DNA of 64,000 bases from Candidatus Omnitrophota bacterium (GCA_043808095.1 JAZDFF010000042.1:38667-102666), one strand, 5' to 3'; positions 30,452-40,768 are shown, counted from the first letter of the stretch. Program-made: numbers and translations. Notes: a model not told the origin generated them from the sequence alone.

Positions 30452-31489
30452 TTATTTCTTGGCTAAAAGAGTATCCTTAATCACCTTAATGATCTTATCC
30501 ATCACCTTGGGATTTTCCTTTAAAAAATCCCGGGCCTTATCATGACCCAAGGCCAGTTTTTCGCCTTCAAAGATAAACCAGTTACCTTGTTTCTGGATTA
30601 GGCCGGTGTTAAGACCGGTCTCAAGGACGCTTGAGGACTTGGAGATCCCTTCTTCATGCAGGATCTCAAATTCTGCCTCTTTAAAAGGCGGAGCAACCTT
30701 GTTTTTGACTACCTTTGCCCTTACACGGCTGCCGATAACCGAGTCCCCTGCTTTTACGTGACCGATACGGCGCAGATCCAGCCTCACTGAGGAATAAAAC
30801 TTTAAGGCCCTTCCGCCCGTGGTGGTTTCAGGGTTACCAAAGAATACGCCGATTTTTTCGCGGATCTGGTTGATGAAGACCACGCAGGTCTTGGACTTAC
30901 TGATGACCGCAGTGAGTTTTCTTAAGGCCTGGGACATCAGGCGCGCCTGAAGCCCCATGTGTGCGTCGCCCATCTCGCCTTCAATCTCTGCCCTGGGGGT
31001 GAGTGCGGCTACCGAATCAATGACAATTAAATCCACGGCATTGGAGCGTACCAGGGTCTCGGTAATCTCTAAGGCCTGTTCTCCGGTATCGGGCTGGGAG
31101 ATTAAGAGGTCATCAAGTTTTACTCCTACCTTCTTGGCATAGGTGGCATCAAAGGCATGTTCTGCATCAATAAAGGCAGCTACTCCGCCTTGTCTTTGGA
31201 CCTCGGTAATCACATTTAAGGTAAGCGTGGTCTTACCGGATGCCTCCGGGCCAAAGACCTCAATCACCCGGCCGCGGGGAAAGCCGCCGACTCCTAAGGC
31301 AATATCTAAAGACAATGCCCCTGTAGGAATTACCGGTATATCAAGTCTGGCCTCTTGGCCCAATTTCATAATTGAGCCCTTGCCGAATTGCTTTTCAATT
31401 TGTGTTAGTGCCAGTTCCAGGGCCTTTTGGCGTTCGGAAATATTTTCGGTCTTTACCTCTTTTTCGGGATGGTGTTTTTCTTGGGACAT
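30452..31489 (-). CDS. recA: Recombinase A
   Basis: [47 protein letters not shown]. Confidence 0.99.
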   Translation of the reverse strand: MSQEKHHPEKEVKTENISERQKALELALTQIEKQFGKGSIMKLGQEARLDIPVIPTGALSLDIALGVGGFPRGRVIEVFGPEASGKTTLTLNVITEVQRQGGVAAFIDAEHAFDATYAKKVGVKLDDLLISQPDTGEQALEITETLVRSNAVDLIVIDSVAALTPRAEIEGEMGDAHMGLQARLMSQALRKLTAVISKSKTCVVFINQIREKIGVFFGNPETTTGGRALKFYSSVRLDLRRIGHVKAGDSVIGSRVRAKVVKNKVAPPFKEAEFEILHEEGISKSSSVLETGLNTGLIQKQGNWFIFEGEKLALGHDKARDFLKENPKVMDKIIKVIKDTLLAKK

Positions 31490-31583
31490 ATTGGGTCCTC
31501 CTTAAAAATTAACCTTATTTAAAAATGAAGGGTTTTCTCCAGGGTTAGGGAATGTATTATACAATATCAAAATTCTAATGTCA

Positions 31584-31700
31584 ATGGTTCGATTGTACTC
31601 ACCATTGATACTGAAACCCTCAACTTCGTTCGGGATGGTGAGCAAAAGGCGAACCAGAGGAATAATGAGCCTGTCGAACCACGAAGTTGAATGTATCAAA
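31584..31700. repeat. Nested hairpins of the ggttcga/gtcgaacc family in the divergent recA/DGC intergenic region
   Basis: tggttcga..ctcacca; ttgatac..gtatcaa; tcaacttcgt..acgaagttga; tggtgagc..cgaacca resembles 6634-6654. Confidence 0.7.
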
Positions 31701-31755
31701 CAGGATTTATACCTTAAAATGGCTGCCAAACACCTCTTGACATAAGCAGAATTTT

Positions 31756-32988
31756 ATGTTAAAGTCCCTGCTTATATACCTTAATCAAAACTTGACCATG
31801 CTAAATAACAATATCAATAAAAGTGATATCGAATACGAACTGGAAAAAACTAGATTAGAGCTCTCCATCCTTTATGAGATCTCGAATGCGATGCGCCGCA
31901 CTTTAAAGCTCGATGAGATCCTCTATATCATCTTGACCGGTGTCACCTCCCATGTGGGATTAGGGTTTAACCGGGCGATGTTACTTTTAGTGGATGAAGG
32001 CAGCCAATTCTTAGAAGGCAAGATGGGTATTGGACCAGATACAGGTGATGAGGCAGGCCGCATCTGGAGGCATATTGAGGCTAAGGATATGAAACTCGAG
32101 GATTTAGTTAATGCCTACGAGGCCTCGGGAAAGATGTTTGATTCTCAGTTCAACCGACTGGTACAGAGTTTTAGAATTCCCTTAAAAGAAGACGGCGGAA
32201 TCCTTGCTATTACCGCCTTGGATGACCGACCTATGCATATAAAGAAACAATCCGATGCCTTCTACGATAATGAACCAATCCTAAAAAAATTAAATACCCA
32301 GGAATTTGTCACTGTGCCTTTAAGGGCTAAAGACAGTGTAATTGGTGTGATTCTAGCAGACAACATCTTTACTCAAAGAGAGATTACTAAAGATGATATC
32401 GAGATACTTACATTGTTTTCCAACCAGGCAGGCCTGGCAATCGAAAATTCCCGTCTGTATGAAAAGACCTTAATCAAGACAAATATTGATGCCTTGACCG
32501 GCCTGTGGAACCATGGTTATTTCCAGTTTAAACTTAACGAGGAAATAAAAAAGGTAAAAGAACAAACTCATCCCCTAAATCTAATTATGATAGATATTGA
32601 TTACTTTAAGAATTATAATGATGGCCTAGGACATCAAGAAGGAGACCGCATCTTAGTAGAGATAGCTAAGGTCTTAAAGGATTCTTCGAGAAAATCAGAT
32701 TATGTATGCAGATATGGTGGTGAGGAATTTGCTATAATCCTGCCGCAGACGACAAAACAGGAGGCGCTCTTACTTTCGGAAAGAATTAGGCAGCATGTCC
32801 AGAATCATCGTTTTAAACATGAAGAAATCCAGCCAGAAAAAGAAATCACGGTAAGTATTGGCCTGGCGACTTTTCCTGAAGACGCACAAACAAAAGATCA
32901 GCTTATTTCTTGCGCGGATACTTCGCTTTACGAGGCTAAAAAGACGGGAAAAAACAAAGTCTGTTATTACTCTGCAGTAAAAATCTAA
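31756..32988 (+). CDS. GAF-GGDEF diguanylate cyclase
   Basis: DALTGLWN, DIDYFKNYND, RKSD I-site, RYGGEEF intact; start may be ATG 31798. Confidence 0.93.
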   Translation: MLKSLLIYLNQNLTMLNNNINKSDIEYELEKTRLELSILYEISNAMRRTLKLDEILYIILTGVTSHVGLGFNRAMLLLVDEGSQFLEGKMGIGPDTGDEAGRIWRHIEAKDMKLEDLVNAYEASGKMFDSQFNRLVQSFRIPLKEDGGILAITALDDRPMHIKKQSDAFYDNEPILKKLNTQEFVTVPLRAKDSVIGVILADNIFTQREITKDDIEILTLFSNQAGLAIENSRLYEKTLIKTNIDALTGLWNHGYFQFKLNEEIKKVKEQTHPLNLIMIDIDYFKNYNDGLGHQEGDRILVEIAKVLKDSSRKSDYVCRYGGEEFAIILPQTTKQEALLLSERIRQHVQNHRFKHEEIQPEKEITVSIGLATFPEDAQTKDQLISCADTSLYEAKKTGKNKVCYYSAVKI

Positions 32989-35900
32989 TTAACTTTTTCT
33001 ACTTCTAAATTTTGGCCATCCTTGGAAGAACCTGTAGTGATTCCCTTCTTAGGCTTATGATCGGCAAATTTTACCGAAACAATTTTTGAAACCCCGGACT
33101 CCTGCATAGTTATTCCATACATTACATCCGCATGGGCAATTGTCTTTTTATTATGGGTAATCACGATAAACTGGGAGGTCTTGGTGAATTCCTTCAAAAG
33201 CCTTCCAAAACGACTGACATTAGACTCATCCAGGGCGCTGTCAATCTCGTCCAGTACGCAGAATGGCGAGGGTTTAATCTTAAATATGGAAAATATTAAC
33301 GCAATGGCGGAAAGCGCCTTTTCTCCGCCTGATAAAAGCGAGACATTCTGGAGTTTCTTGCCCGGAGGCTGGCATATAATTTCAATTCCCGACTCTAACA
33401 CATCTTCAGGATCAATAAGGATAAGTTTGGCGTCTCCTCCGCCAAAAAGGAGTTTAAAATAATTGCGGAACTCTGCTTCAATTTTCTGGAAGGTCTCAGT
33501 AAACATCTTGCGGGTAGTCTGGTTAATCTTGGTGATGGCCTTATGAAGCGAGTCTTTGGCAGTAAGTAAATCCTCCTGTTGTTTAGTAAGAAACTCAAAC
33601 CTGGTCTTTAACTCCTCATGCTCCTCAATTGCTACCAGGTTCACAGTCCCAAAATTATCGACCTTGGTTTTTAACTCATTAATCTGATTATTTAAAACAG
33701 TAGGGTCTATACCTCTATCCAATTGAACGGTTGAGCCGTCAATATCAACTTTATAGGTATTTAAGAGCCTCTCTTTTAAACTCATCCTCCTAAAATTTAT
33801 ATCCTGGCCGTGCATCTGTAAGTTATGAAGTTCGGATTTAATTTTTTCGCTTACTTCCTTTACCTTCTGAATCTCTGCTGCACTTGCCTTGACCAACTCA
33901 ATATAATTTTCTTTGTTCTTTTCAATCTCCTTAAAATCCCGGTCTAACTCTTGAAAATTTAGGTTTGTTTTTTTAATGTCCTCTTCTAAACCAATAATCT
34001 CATCCTCCAACTCTTTTTTCTTAGTGAATATGCCTTTAATTTCTTTTTCAATTGAGGCTAATGCCATTTCGTCCTGACTGACAGTATCCGAGAGTAACTT
34101 AAAAGTATTCGATATCGAGGAACGCTTATCCACAAAAGAATTTATCTGGACTTCAATCTGGGTTATTTCAATTAAGACATTTTGGTTATTTTCTTGGTAT
34201 TGGGTGATTAAGTTTTGACTATTTTCTATTTCGAGCTTGGTCTTGTCTTCTTCTACTTCCCAAAGATTAAGTAGGGAGTTAGCCTCATTAACCTTTTTCG
34301 CCAGGGAGTCGATATTGCCGTTGGTTTCACTTAGCTCATCACCAACCAATGTGACTTCGCTTTCCAATTTATCTAACTGCTCTTTTATATTATCTTTCTG
34401 ATTTAGCGAATTTGCTACTTGTAATTCTTGAGCCCGGGATTTAGCCTGGAGGGCTTTAACTTGTGCTAAGAACTGTTCTAGGTTTAGCTCCTGTGCCTGT
34501 TTTTCGGCATTGGCCTGGCCCAATTTATTTTCCGTTTGATCAAGCCTGGATTGAATTGCCTTTACATCTAACGGGATGAGCTTTATCTCGCAATTGGCTC
34601 CAGAAAGTTCTGCAATATTAGTAAAATGAGATTTGAGCATCTGTTTATGCCCAGGGGAAATATCAAAAGAATCAATCACCTTACCGATAAATCCGGCCTC
34701 ACCCGAAGGGATTTTTCCTTCGCTAAAGATAACGGCCCTTAATTTTTGAGGCATCTCGTCATATTTTGATTTAAGCCCCGAGAGAAATTCTTTTTGCGAC
34801 TGGAGCATGGATTTTTCTTTATCCAGCAAGATGATGTCCTCTTTTAGTAAATTGAGCCTGTTTTTTTGTTCCTCGATATTATGCTCAAGATTTCTACATG
34901 CCTCCTGTAATTGTCCAAAGGCATTTTCATTATCCTCATGCTGCGAAACCGCACTATTGTATTTTTCCTGTACCTGGCTTAGCTCTTCCCTGGTCTTAGC
35001 CAATTCTAAATCGAGTCGGCGCTTACGTGCCATTAAAACTGACATTTCTGAATTGAACCGATTAATCTCATTTCTTGCCTTGGTGATTTGAGTGGCTAAA
35101 TCTAAGAGTCTGGGCTGAGATTTGGTAATTCTATTTTTGGCATCTTTGGTCTTTAGGTCAAGGTCGGCCACAAGAATTTGTCTTTCCTTTAGGGCAATCT
35201 GTTTTTGGGATTGTAATTTCTCTTGGGATTCTAATTCTTTAGAGACAGCATCTAGGTTCTTTCTCTGCTGCAAGATTCTTTCTTGTATTTGTTTCTTTTG
35301 TTGTTCTAAGTCGCCGGTCCTTGCCAGTTCATCCTGGATGCGCTCTTTATTTAAGCTTATGTGTTGTCTGTCGCGCTCAATGGTACCTTCAATCCTTAGG
35401 TGTTCGGACTGAATTTGACTGGTTTTTCTATTCAGCCCTTCCAGTTCCTCCTGGGTCTTGGTATATTTTTTCTCAAACTCACCCATAGAAAGTGCCTGGG
35501 CATTATTTTTATCTTGGAAGTCTTTTATTCTGCCCTCAAGTTCATCCTGCTGGTTCTTTAAAAGATCAATCTCAAAGGCGGCCAGTTTCACTTCCGCCTC
35601 TTTTAGGCGCTCATACAGCTCCTGATAACGCTTAGCCCGCTGGGCCTGACGTTCCACAGAGGTAATTTGGCGTTTAATCTCGGTGATGATATCACTGACC
35701 CTCAGGAGGTTATTATCTGTATCTTCTAATTTTCTTAAGGCCTCTCTTTTTTTAGATTTATAAAGGGTAATGCCGGCCGCCTCATCAAAAATGAGGCGCC
35801 GGTCCTCAGGTCTGGAGCTTAAGACAAGATCAATTTTACCCTGTTCAACCAGGGAATAGGATTCGCTGGTAATACCGGTGCCTAAAAATAATTCCGTGAT

Positions 35901-36269
35901 GTCTTTTAGCCTTACCGGATTTTTATTAATCAGGTATTCGCTCTCACCTGAGCGAAAGATACGGCGAGTAATCACCACTTCCTCATATTCAATAGGCAGG
36001 AATTTATTTTCGTTAGAAAACATCAAAGATACCTCTGCAAAACCGAGGCTCGGTTTAGTAGTGGTTCCGTTAAAGATTACGTCTTCCATCTTCGAACCGC
36101 GTAGCGACTTTATTGACTGTTCGCCCAAGACCCAGCGGATGGAATCAAAGATATTACTCTTGCCGCAGCCATTGGGTCCGACGACCGCCGTTATGCCCGG
36201 CTCAAAATTAAGGACTGTCTTGTCGGCAAAGGATTTAAAACCGATTAGTTCTAACTTTTTAAAATACAT
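32985..36269 (-). CDS. smc: Chromosome segregation protein SMC (short hinge)
   Basis: GFKSF, GPNGCGKSN, LSGGE, LDEIDSALD, VITH; long coiled coils. Confidence 0.95.
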   Translation of the reverse strand: MYFKKLELIGFKSFADKTVLNFEPGITAVVGPNGCGKSNIFDSIRWVLGEQSIKSLRGSKMEDVIFNGTTTKPSLGFAEVSLMFSNENKFLPIEYEEVVITRRIFRSGESEYLINKNPVRLKDITELFLGTGITSESYSLVEQGKIDLVLSSRPEDRRLIFDEAAGITLYKSKKREALRKLEDTDNNLLRVSDIITEIKRQITSVERQAQRAKRYQELYERLKEAEVKLAAFEIDLLKNQQDELEGRIKDFQDKNNAQALSMGEFEKKYTKTQEELEGLNRKTSQIQSEHLRIEGTIERDRQHISLNKERIQDELARTGDLEQQKKQIQERILQQRKNLDAVSKELESQEKLQSQKQIALKERQILVADLDLKTKDAKNRITKSQPRLLDLATQITKARNEINRFNSEMSVLMARKRRLDLELAKTREELSQVQEKYNSAVSQHEDNENAFGQLQEACRNLEHNIEEQKNRLNLLKEDIILLDKEKSMLQSQKEFLSGLKSKYDEMPQKLRAVIFSEGKIPSGEAGFIGKVIDSFDISPGHKQMLKSHFTNIAELSGANCEIKLIPLDVKAIQSRLDQTENKLGQANAEKQAQELNLEQFLAQVKALQAKSRAQELQVANSLNQKDNIKEQLDKLESEVTLVGDELSETNGNIDSLAKKVNEANSLLNLWEVEEDKTKLEIENSQNLITQYQENNQNVLIEITQIEVQINSFVDKRSSISNTFKLLSDTVSQDEMALASIEKEIKGIFTKKKELEDEIIGLEEDIKKTNLNFQELDRDFKEIEKNKENYIELVKASAAEIQKVKEVSEKIKSELHNLQMHGQDINFRRMSLKERLLNTYKVDIDGSTVQLDRGIDPTVLNNQINELKTKVDNFGTVNLVAIEEHEELKTRFEFLTKQQEDLLTAKDSLHKAITKINQTTRKMFTETFQKIEAEFRNYFKLLFGGGDAKLILIDPEDVLESGIEIICQPPGKKLQNVSLLSGGEKALSAIALIFSIFKIKPSPFCVLDEIDSALDESNVSRFGRLLKEFTKTSQFIVITHNKKTIAHADVMYGITMQESGVSKIVSVKFADHKPKKGITTGSSKDGQNLEVEKVN

Positions 36270-36271
36270 AT

Positions 36272-36637
36272 TTACCTACCTTGTATTTCCGCAAGAGACC
36301 GAAAGATATATTTAGAAAGCCTCTGTCGATCGGCATCAGATATCTGGCTAAATTCAATTCCTGCCTCAAGATGCGAAGCTTTATCACCTTCCCCCATGTC
36401 AAACTTTTCTATCCAGACTACCCTTCCCCTTGCCTGAATTGGCAGGACCTCTTCCTTGATATAAATCTTTAACCCTAAAACCGTCCCTTTATCAATCATC
36501 TTATCCAGAAACAGGCAAATCCCACCCATACTTATATTTTTAGTGGTAGAGCCCAATCCATCACCGGCCTTTTCAATTATCGCATATTCAACTTTCACTA
36601 AGGTATTGAGTCGGACAAAACGTCTTCTCTCTTCCAT
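36272..36637 (-). CDS. Single-domain PilZ protein
   Basis: RRFVR (RxxxR) and NISMGG (D/NxSxxG), GRVVW, GIEF. Confidence 0.92.
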   Translation of the reverse strand: MEERRRFVRLNTLVKVEYAIIEKAGDGLGSTTKNISMGGICLFLDKMIDKGTVLGLKIYIKEEVLPIQARGRVVWIEKFDMGEGDKASHLEAGIEFSQISDADRQRLSKYIFRSLAEIQGR

Positions 36638-36661
36638 TTCAGCCTCGCTTTTTTAATCGCT

Positions 36662-36819
36662 TCCCGCCCATCAGCTGGATCCCGCATCTTCGGAAAACAC
36701 AGAGCGGGAAAAACGCAAAATCACTTTTGGCAATACCTATACCGCTAAGGCCGCCAAATTTTTTCTTTGCGTTCTTGGCGAAGTTTCTAATAATTACCTT
36801 TTTTTGCGTTCTTTGCGGT
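36662..36819. repeat. cccgc double hairpin plus cgc(t/a)aa / ttgcgttct periodic arms
   Basis: tcccgc..gctggatcccgc..gcgggaaaa; accgctaaggccgccaaa vs ttgcgttcttggcg and ttgcgttctttgcggt. Confidence 0.65.
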
Positions 36820-38019
36820 TCACTTTTTATGAAGTTGACCAAATCTCTTGGTTAATAATGGAACTATCTGAAATAAATCACCCACTACTCCAAGGGTGGC
36901 AATCTTAAATATGGGCGCAGAGGGATCTTTATTAATGGCGATTATCGTTTTAGAAGACTGCATGCCTACTAAATGCTGGATCTGACCGGAGATCCCGCAG
37001 GCGATATATATCTTGGGGGCCACAGTCCTTCCGGTCTGACCTACCTGATGCGAATAAGGCATCCAGTCGCTGTCAACTGCAGCGCGCGATGCGCCGACTG
37101 CCCCGCCTAAAACCTTAGCCAACTCCTCTAAAATTTTAAAATTTTCAGGCCCACCCATGCCGCGGCCGCCTGAAACAATAATATCTGCCTCAGATAAATT
37201 CACCGTGGCTTCTATCTCATCGATGATATCTAATAATTTTGTCCGGCTTCTAAGCATATCACCGTCAAAGTTTTCGCTGATGACCCTGCCTTTTCGCTTC
37301 ATGTCGATAGGCAAGTCGGGGAAAACCTTGTGTCTTACTGTAGCCATCTGCGGCCGATAATTAGGCGAGATAATCGTAGCCATGATGTTTCCGCCAAATG
37401 CCGGCCGGGTCTGAAGTAGTATCTTTTTTTGAGGCTCAATATCTAAACCTGTACAGTCTGCAGTCAGCCCCGCCATGATTTTAACTGCCACCCGCGAGAT
37501 CAAAGAGCGGCCGATAAAAGTTGCTCCGCATAAAACAATCTCGGGCTTATATTTTTTGATTAACTCAACCAGTACATTGGTATAAGGCTCATCCTGGAAA
37601 TTAGCCAACTCTCTGCTCTCGACCACATAGACCTTATCTGCGCCACGCCAGATTAATTCCTGGACCTCTTCTTCCAAATGATCACCCAATAATACTGCCG
37701 AGACGTCCGTGCTTAAGGAAGCGGCCAATTCCCTGGCCTTTGCCAGCAACTCATAAACTACGGATTGGACCTTACCCTTTTTCTGCTCGGCAAAGATCCA
37801 TACGCCTTTGTAATCCTTAAAATCCGTCAATTTAGCCTTGTCCTCTTTTTCTAAAAAGATGGCCTTAAATTTACAACTCGGCACGCAGGCGCCGCAGAGA
37901 GTGCATTTATTTAAGTCAATAACCGCCTTTTTATCAAGAATCCTTATGGCATCAAAAGGGCAGGCCTTAAGGCACAGGCTGCAACCGTTGCATTTTTCAA
38001 TTATGATCTGGATCGGCAT
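36820..38019 (-). CDS. etfA: Electron transfer flavoprotein alpha subunit with N-terminal 2x[4Fe-4S] domain
   Basis: CNGCSLCLKACP, CTLCGACVPSC; GLTADCT, VSGGRG, QVGQTG, GISGQIQHLVGM. Confidence 0.95.
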   Translation of the reverse strand: MPIQIIIEKCNGCSLCLKACPFDAIRILDKKAVIDLNKCTLCGACVPSCKFKAIFLEKEDKAKLTDFKDYKGVWIFAEQKKGKVQSVVYELLAKARELAASLSTDVSAVLLGDHLEEEVQELIWRGADKVYVVESRELANFQDEPYTNVLVELIKKYKPEIVLCGATFIGRSLISRVAVKIMAGLTADCTGLDIEPQKKILLQTRPAFGGNIMATIISPNYRPQMATVRHKVFPDLPIDMKRKGRVISENFDGDMLRSRTKLLDIIDEIEATVNLSEADIIVSGGRGMGGPENFKILEELAKVLGGAVGASRAAVDSDWMPYSHQVGQTGRTVAPKIYIACGISGQIQHLVGMQSSKTIIAINKDPSAPIFKIATLGVVGDLFQIVPLLTKRFGQLHKK

Positions 38020-38042
38020 CTTAAAATAAGTAAATCCATTTT

Positions 38043-38187
38043 ACACAGATGGGCACAGATTATCCCGCACCAAAATAAAAAAAATCCAGCGGGATCCCGC
38101 TATGGCGGGAAAAGAAACAGATGGGCACAGATATTTCTCGTCGGAATCTGTGCTAATCTGCGAGCCTTTCATCTGTGCTAATCTGTG
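38043..38187. repeat. cacagat/atctgtg inverted repeat with cccgc cargo (38063-38113)
   Basis: acacagatgggcacagatt also at 47039; atctgtgctaatctg arms. Confidence 0.8.
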
Positions 38188-38208
38188 AAACATTATTTTT
38201 AATGTTTA

Positions 38209-38991
38209 TCAACTCATTGCCTCTTTTAAAAACTCGGCTAACTTATCGGCTAAATCCTGCGGCTCGCCCTCAAGGACTTGGCCGCCGGCCCGAGGCTTGG
38301 GCGTAAAAATTTTCACCACTTGGGTAGGCGAACCATCAAGGCCGATGCTATCGGGGTCAGCCGAAATATCTTCGGCCTTCCAGGAAATTATCTTGGCCTG
38401 CTTTGCGCGCAAAAGATTTTTTAAAGAGGGCAGTCGCGGCGTGTTTATCTCTTTGACCACCGTAAGTAATGCCGGAAGAGGCGTCTCTATTATTTCATAA
38501 CCTTCCTCAGTCATCCTCTCGACTCGTGCCGAGCCATCTTTAATTCCTTCAATCTTTTTCACATAGGTGACCTGGGGGATATCTAAATGCGCCGAAATCC
38601 CCGGCCCGACTTGAGCCGTATCTCCGTCTGAGGCCTGCTTTCCGCAAAGAATAATATCAAACTGACCGATCTTTCTAATGGCGGTGGCTAAGGTATAACT
38701 GGTCGCCCAGGTATCACTTCCTGCGAATGCGCGGTCAGAAATAAGGATCGCTTCATCAATACCCATGGAGATTGCTTCTCTTAAGGCAGAATCGGCTTGC
38801 GGCGGGCCCATGGTAATTACTGTAGCCTTACCAGAAAATTTTTCTTTTAAGCGTACTGCCTCTTCAATCGCATACATATCAAAAGGATTAATGATAGATT
38901 TTACCCCTTCGCGGATTAAGGTATTTGTTTCGGGGTTAATCTTTACATCCGTGGTTTCCGGAACCTGTTTTATACAGACGATGATGTGCAT
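38209..38991 (-). CDS. etfB: Electron transfer flavoprotein beta subunit
   Basis: VCIKQVP, NPFD, AGSDTWATS, GKQASDGDTAQVGP, GSPTQV; start reassigned to ATG 38991. Confidence 0.96.
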   Translation of the reverse strand: MHIIVCIKQVPETTDVKINPETNTLIREGVKSIINPFDMYAIEEAVRLKEKFSGKATVITMGPPQADSALREAISMGIDEAILISDRAFAGSDTWATSYTLATAIRKIGQFDIILCGKQASDGDTAQVGPGISAHLDIPQVTYVKKIEGIKDGSARVERMTEEGYEIIETPLPALLTVVKEINTPRLPSLKNLLRAKQAKIISWKAEDISADPDSIGLDGSPTQVVKIFTPKPRAGGQVLEGEPQDLADKLAEFLKEAMS

Positions 38992-38998
38992 ATCTATA

Positions 38999-39079
38999 AG
39001 CGGATGCAGACGGATTTTAGCGGATTCAAACGGATAAATTTCATCCGCGACATCCGTAACCATCTGTTTGCATCCGTGG
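38999..39079. repeat. ~9-bp-periodic cggat/atccg inverted-arm repeat
   Basis: Four cggat units then four atccg/atctg units; related repeat at 62303-62408. Confidence 0.75.
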
Positions 39080-39134
39080 TAAAATATCCTGAATTCTTAA
39101 ATTGGTTATTCATTTTATTTATTATATTAAATAC

Positions 39135-40313
39135 TCACCTTTTCCTGCTTTCTTTGATTAATCGCAAGGCAATGATGTTACGCTGAATCTGGTTTGTGCC
39201 TTCGTAAATCTGGGTAATCTTGGCATCGCGCATAAACTTCTCTATCGGATAGTCGCGCATATAGCCGTATCCGCCAAAGATCTGCACGGCATCAGTGGAG
39301 ACCTTCATGGCTACATCCGAGGCAAATAGTTTAGCCATTGCAGATTCCTTAGAGACATCAGTCTTTCCGCTGTCAACCATACGGGCAACAGAATAGACCA
39401 AGGCCCGGGCCGCCTCAACCTCTGTCGCCATATCCGCGAGCATAAATTGAATCCCCTGGAAGCTGGAAATAGATTTTCCGAACTGCACCCTCTCTCTGCT
39501 ATATTCAACGGCTAAGTCCAAAGCCCCCTGGGCAATGCCCACTGCCTGGGCTGCAACTCCGGGCCGGGACATGTCAAAGGTCTTCATGGTAACAATAAAA
39601 CCCATGCCCTCTTTAGACAGGAGATTTTCTTTAGGGACTTTACAGTCATTAAAAATTAATTCCCGGGTAGATGAGGCCCGAATTCCCATCTTCTCTTCCT
39701 TTTTGCCGAAGGTAAATCCTGGCGTATCTTTCTCAACGATGAATGCCGAAGCGCCTCGCGCGCCTTTTGTCTTATCGGTCATGGCAATAATCGTGTAAGT
39801 CTCGGCGTCACCGCCATTCGTAATAAAATGTTTCGTGCCGTTTAGGATATAATAGTCTCCGCTTTTTTTGGCAGTAGTCGCAACCGCCGATGCATCTGAA
39901 CCAGCTGCAGGTTCGGTCAGGCCAAAGGCAGCCAATTTTTCACCGCGGGCTAAAGCCAGCAGGTATTTTTTCTTTTGCTCGTCATTACCGAAAAGTATAA
40001 TCGGAAATGTCCCTAAGGCACTGGCTGCATAACTTACCGCCACCCCGCCGCAGGCGCGCGATAACTCCTCGGTAACCAGGCAAAGATTCAATACCCCGCC
40101 ACCGGCATGACCCGGAGGATTAACCAAGGTGCCGCCGTAGGCCTCAGGCACAAAAATAGTAAATAAATCTGACTGGGCTAAAATCTTGATGATCTCCCAG
40201 GGAAACTTCTCTGTCTTATCGAGTTCAGCTGCCGCAGGCTTAATTTTCTCCTGGGCGATCTTTCTTGCCAGGTCCCTAATCATCAGTTGCTCTTCGTTCA
40301 AAAGGTAATCCAT
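39135..40313 (-). CDS. Acyl-CoA dehydrogenase (butyryl-CoA dehydrogenase-like)
   Basis: FGLTEPAAGSDA, NGTKHFITNG, KMGIRAS, QIFGGYGY, IYEGTNQIQR. Confidence 0.95.
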   Translation of the reverse strand: MDYLLNEEQLMIRDLARKIAQEKIKPAAAELDKTEKFPWEIIKILAQSDLFTIFVPEAYGGTLVNPPGHAGGGVLNLCLVTEELSRACGGVAVSYAASALGTFPIILFGNDEQKKKYLLALARGEKLAAFGLTEPAAGSDASAVATTAKKSGDYYILNGTKHFITNGGDAETYTIIAMTDKTKGARGASAFIVEKDTPGFTFGKKEEKMGIRASSTRELIFNDCKVPKENLLSKEGMGFIVTMKTFDMSRPGVAAQAVGIAQGALDLAVEYSRERVQFGKSISSFQGIQFMLADMATEVEAARALVYSVARMVDSGKTDVSKESAMAKLFASDVAMKVSTDAVQIFGGYGYMRDYPIEKFMRDAKITQIYEGTNQIQRNIIALRLIKESRKR

Positions 40314-40391
40314 CTTTCCTCCTCATTCACTTCGCTCATTCGTCGGTATTACTAGTTACAAGTTATAGGTTATAAGTTACAAATTAAAAAA

Positions 40392-40751
40392 TTATAGGTT
40401 ACTTTCAGAAGTTTTAACAATAGAAGTTAGTATCTTTATGATAATTTCAATTTCATCTAATAAAGACTTAATTTTGGAGTTACTAATCAATTCCGAGAAC
40501 AAAACTAATCTTAACCAATATCTTGTTTCTCTGGCCTCTTTCTTTGCTATATTCATACAATTTGTAAATTCTTTCTTTGTTCTTGCTCCCGTAGCTTCTT
40601 CTACATTCGCACCAATAGAAGTACCGGCTTTTAAAAGTTGCCTTCCTAATTCGAAACCAGCCGTATTTTCTGGTAAAAGTTTGACTAATTTGACGACTTC
40701 TATAGTAAAGTCAAATGTTCTTTCTTTAATTTTTTTCTCTTTTTCACTCAT
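40392..40751 (-). CDS. Four-helix-bundle protein (23S rRNA intervening-sequence protein family)
   Basis: RTFDF..LP...QLLKAGTSIGANVEEA..A.T..EF...IAKKEARETRYWL; AT-rich. Confidence 0.9.
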   Translation of the reverse strand: MSEKEKKIKERTFDFTIEVVKLVKLLPENTAGFELGRQLLKAGTSIGANVEEATGARTKKEFTNCMNIAKKEARETRYWLRLVLFSELISNSKIKSLLDEIEIIIKILTSIVKTSESNL

Positions 40752-40768
40752 AACTAATAACTTGTAAC

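Noticed and set aside
31502-31729. 75-aa ORF upstream of recA
   Set aside because: Overlaps nested palindromes and the likely divergent promoter region
31490-31755. LexA/SOS box upstream of recA
   Set aside because: gttcg/cgaac words present belong to the repeat family, and no lineage-specific box could be supported
36639-36842. 67-aa minus-strand ORF between etfA and pilZ
   Set aside because: Composed of repeat sequence and has no protein motif
38992-39063. N-terminal extension of EtfB in the ORF track
   Set aside because: It is translated cggat/atccg repeat; EtfB similarity begins at MHIIVCIKQ
40090-40132. Short extra peptide TLVNPPGHAG in the acyl-CoA dehydrogenase as a repeat insertion
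   Set aside because: No convincing palindrome or second copy in the window
40392-40751. Diversity-generating retroelement (Avd-like gene)
   Set aside because: No reverse transcriptase and no TR/VR pair with adenine-specific mismatches seen in the window
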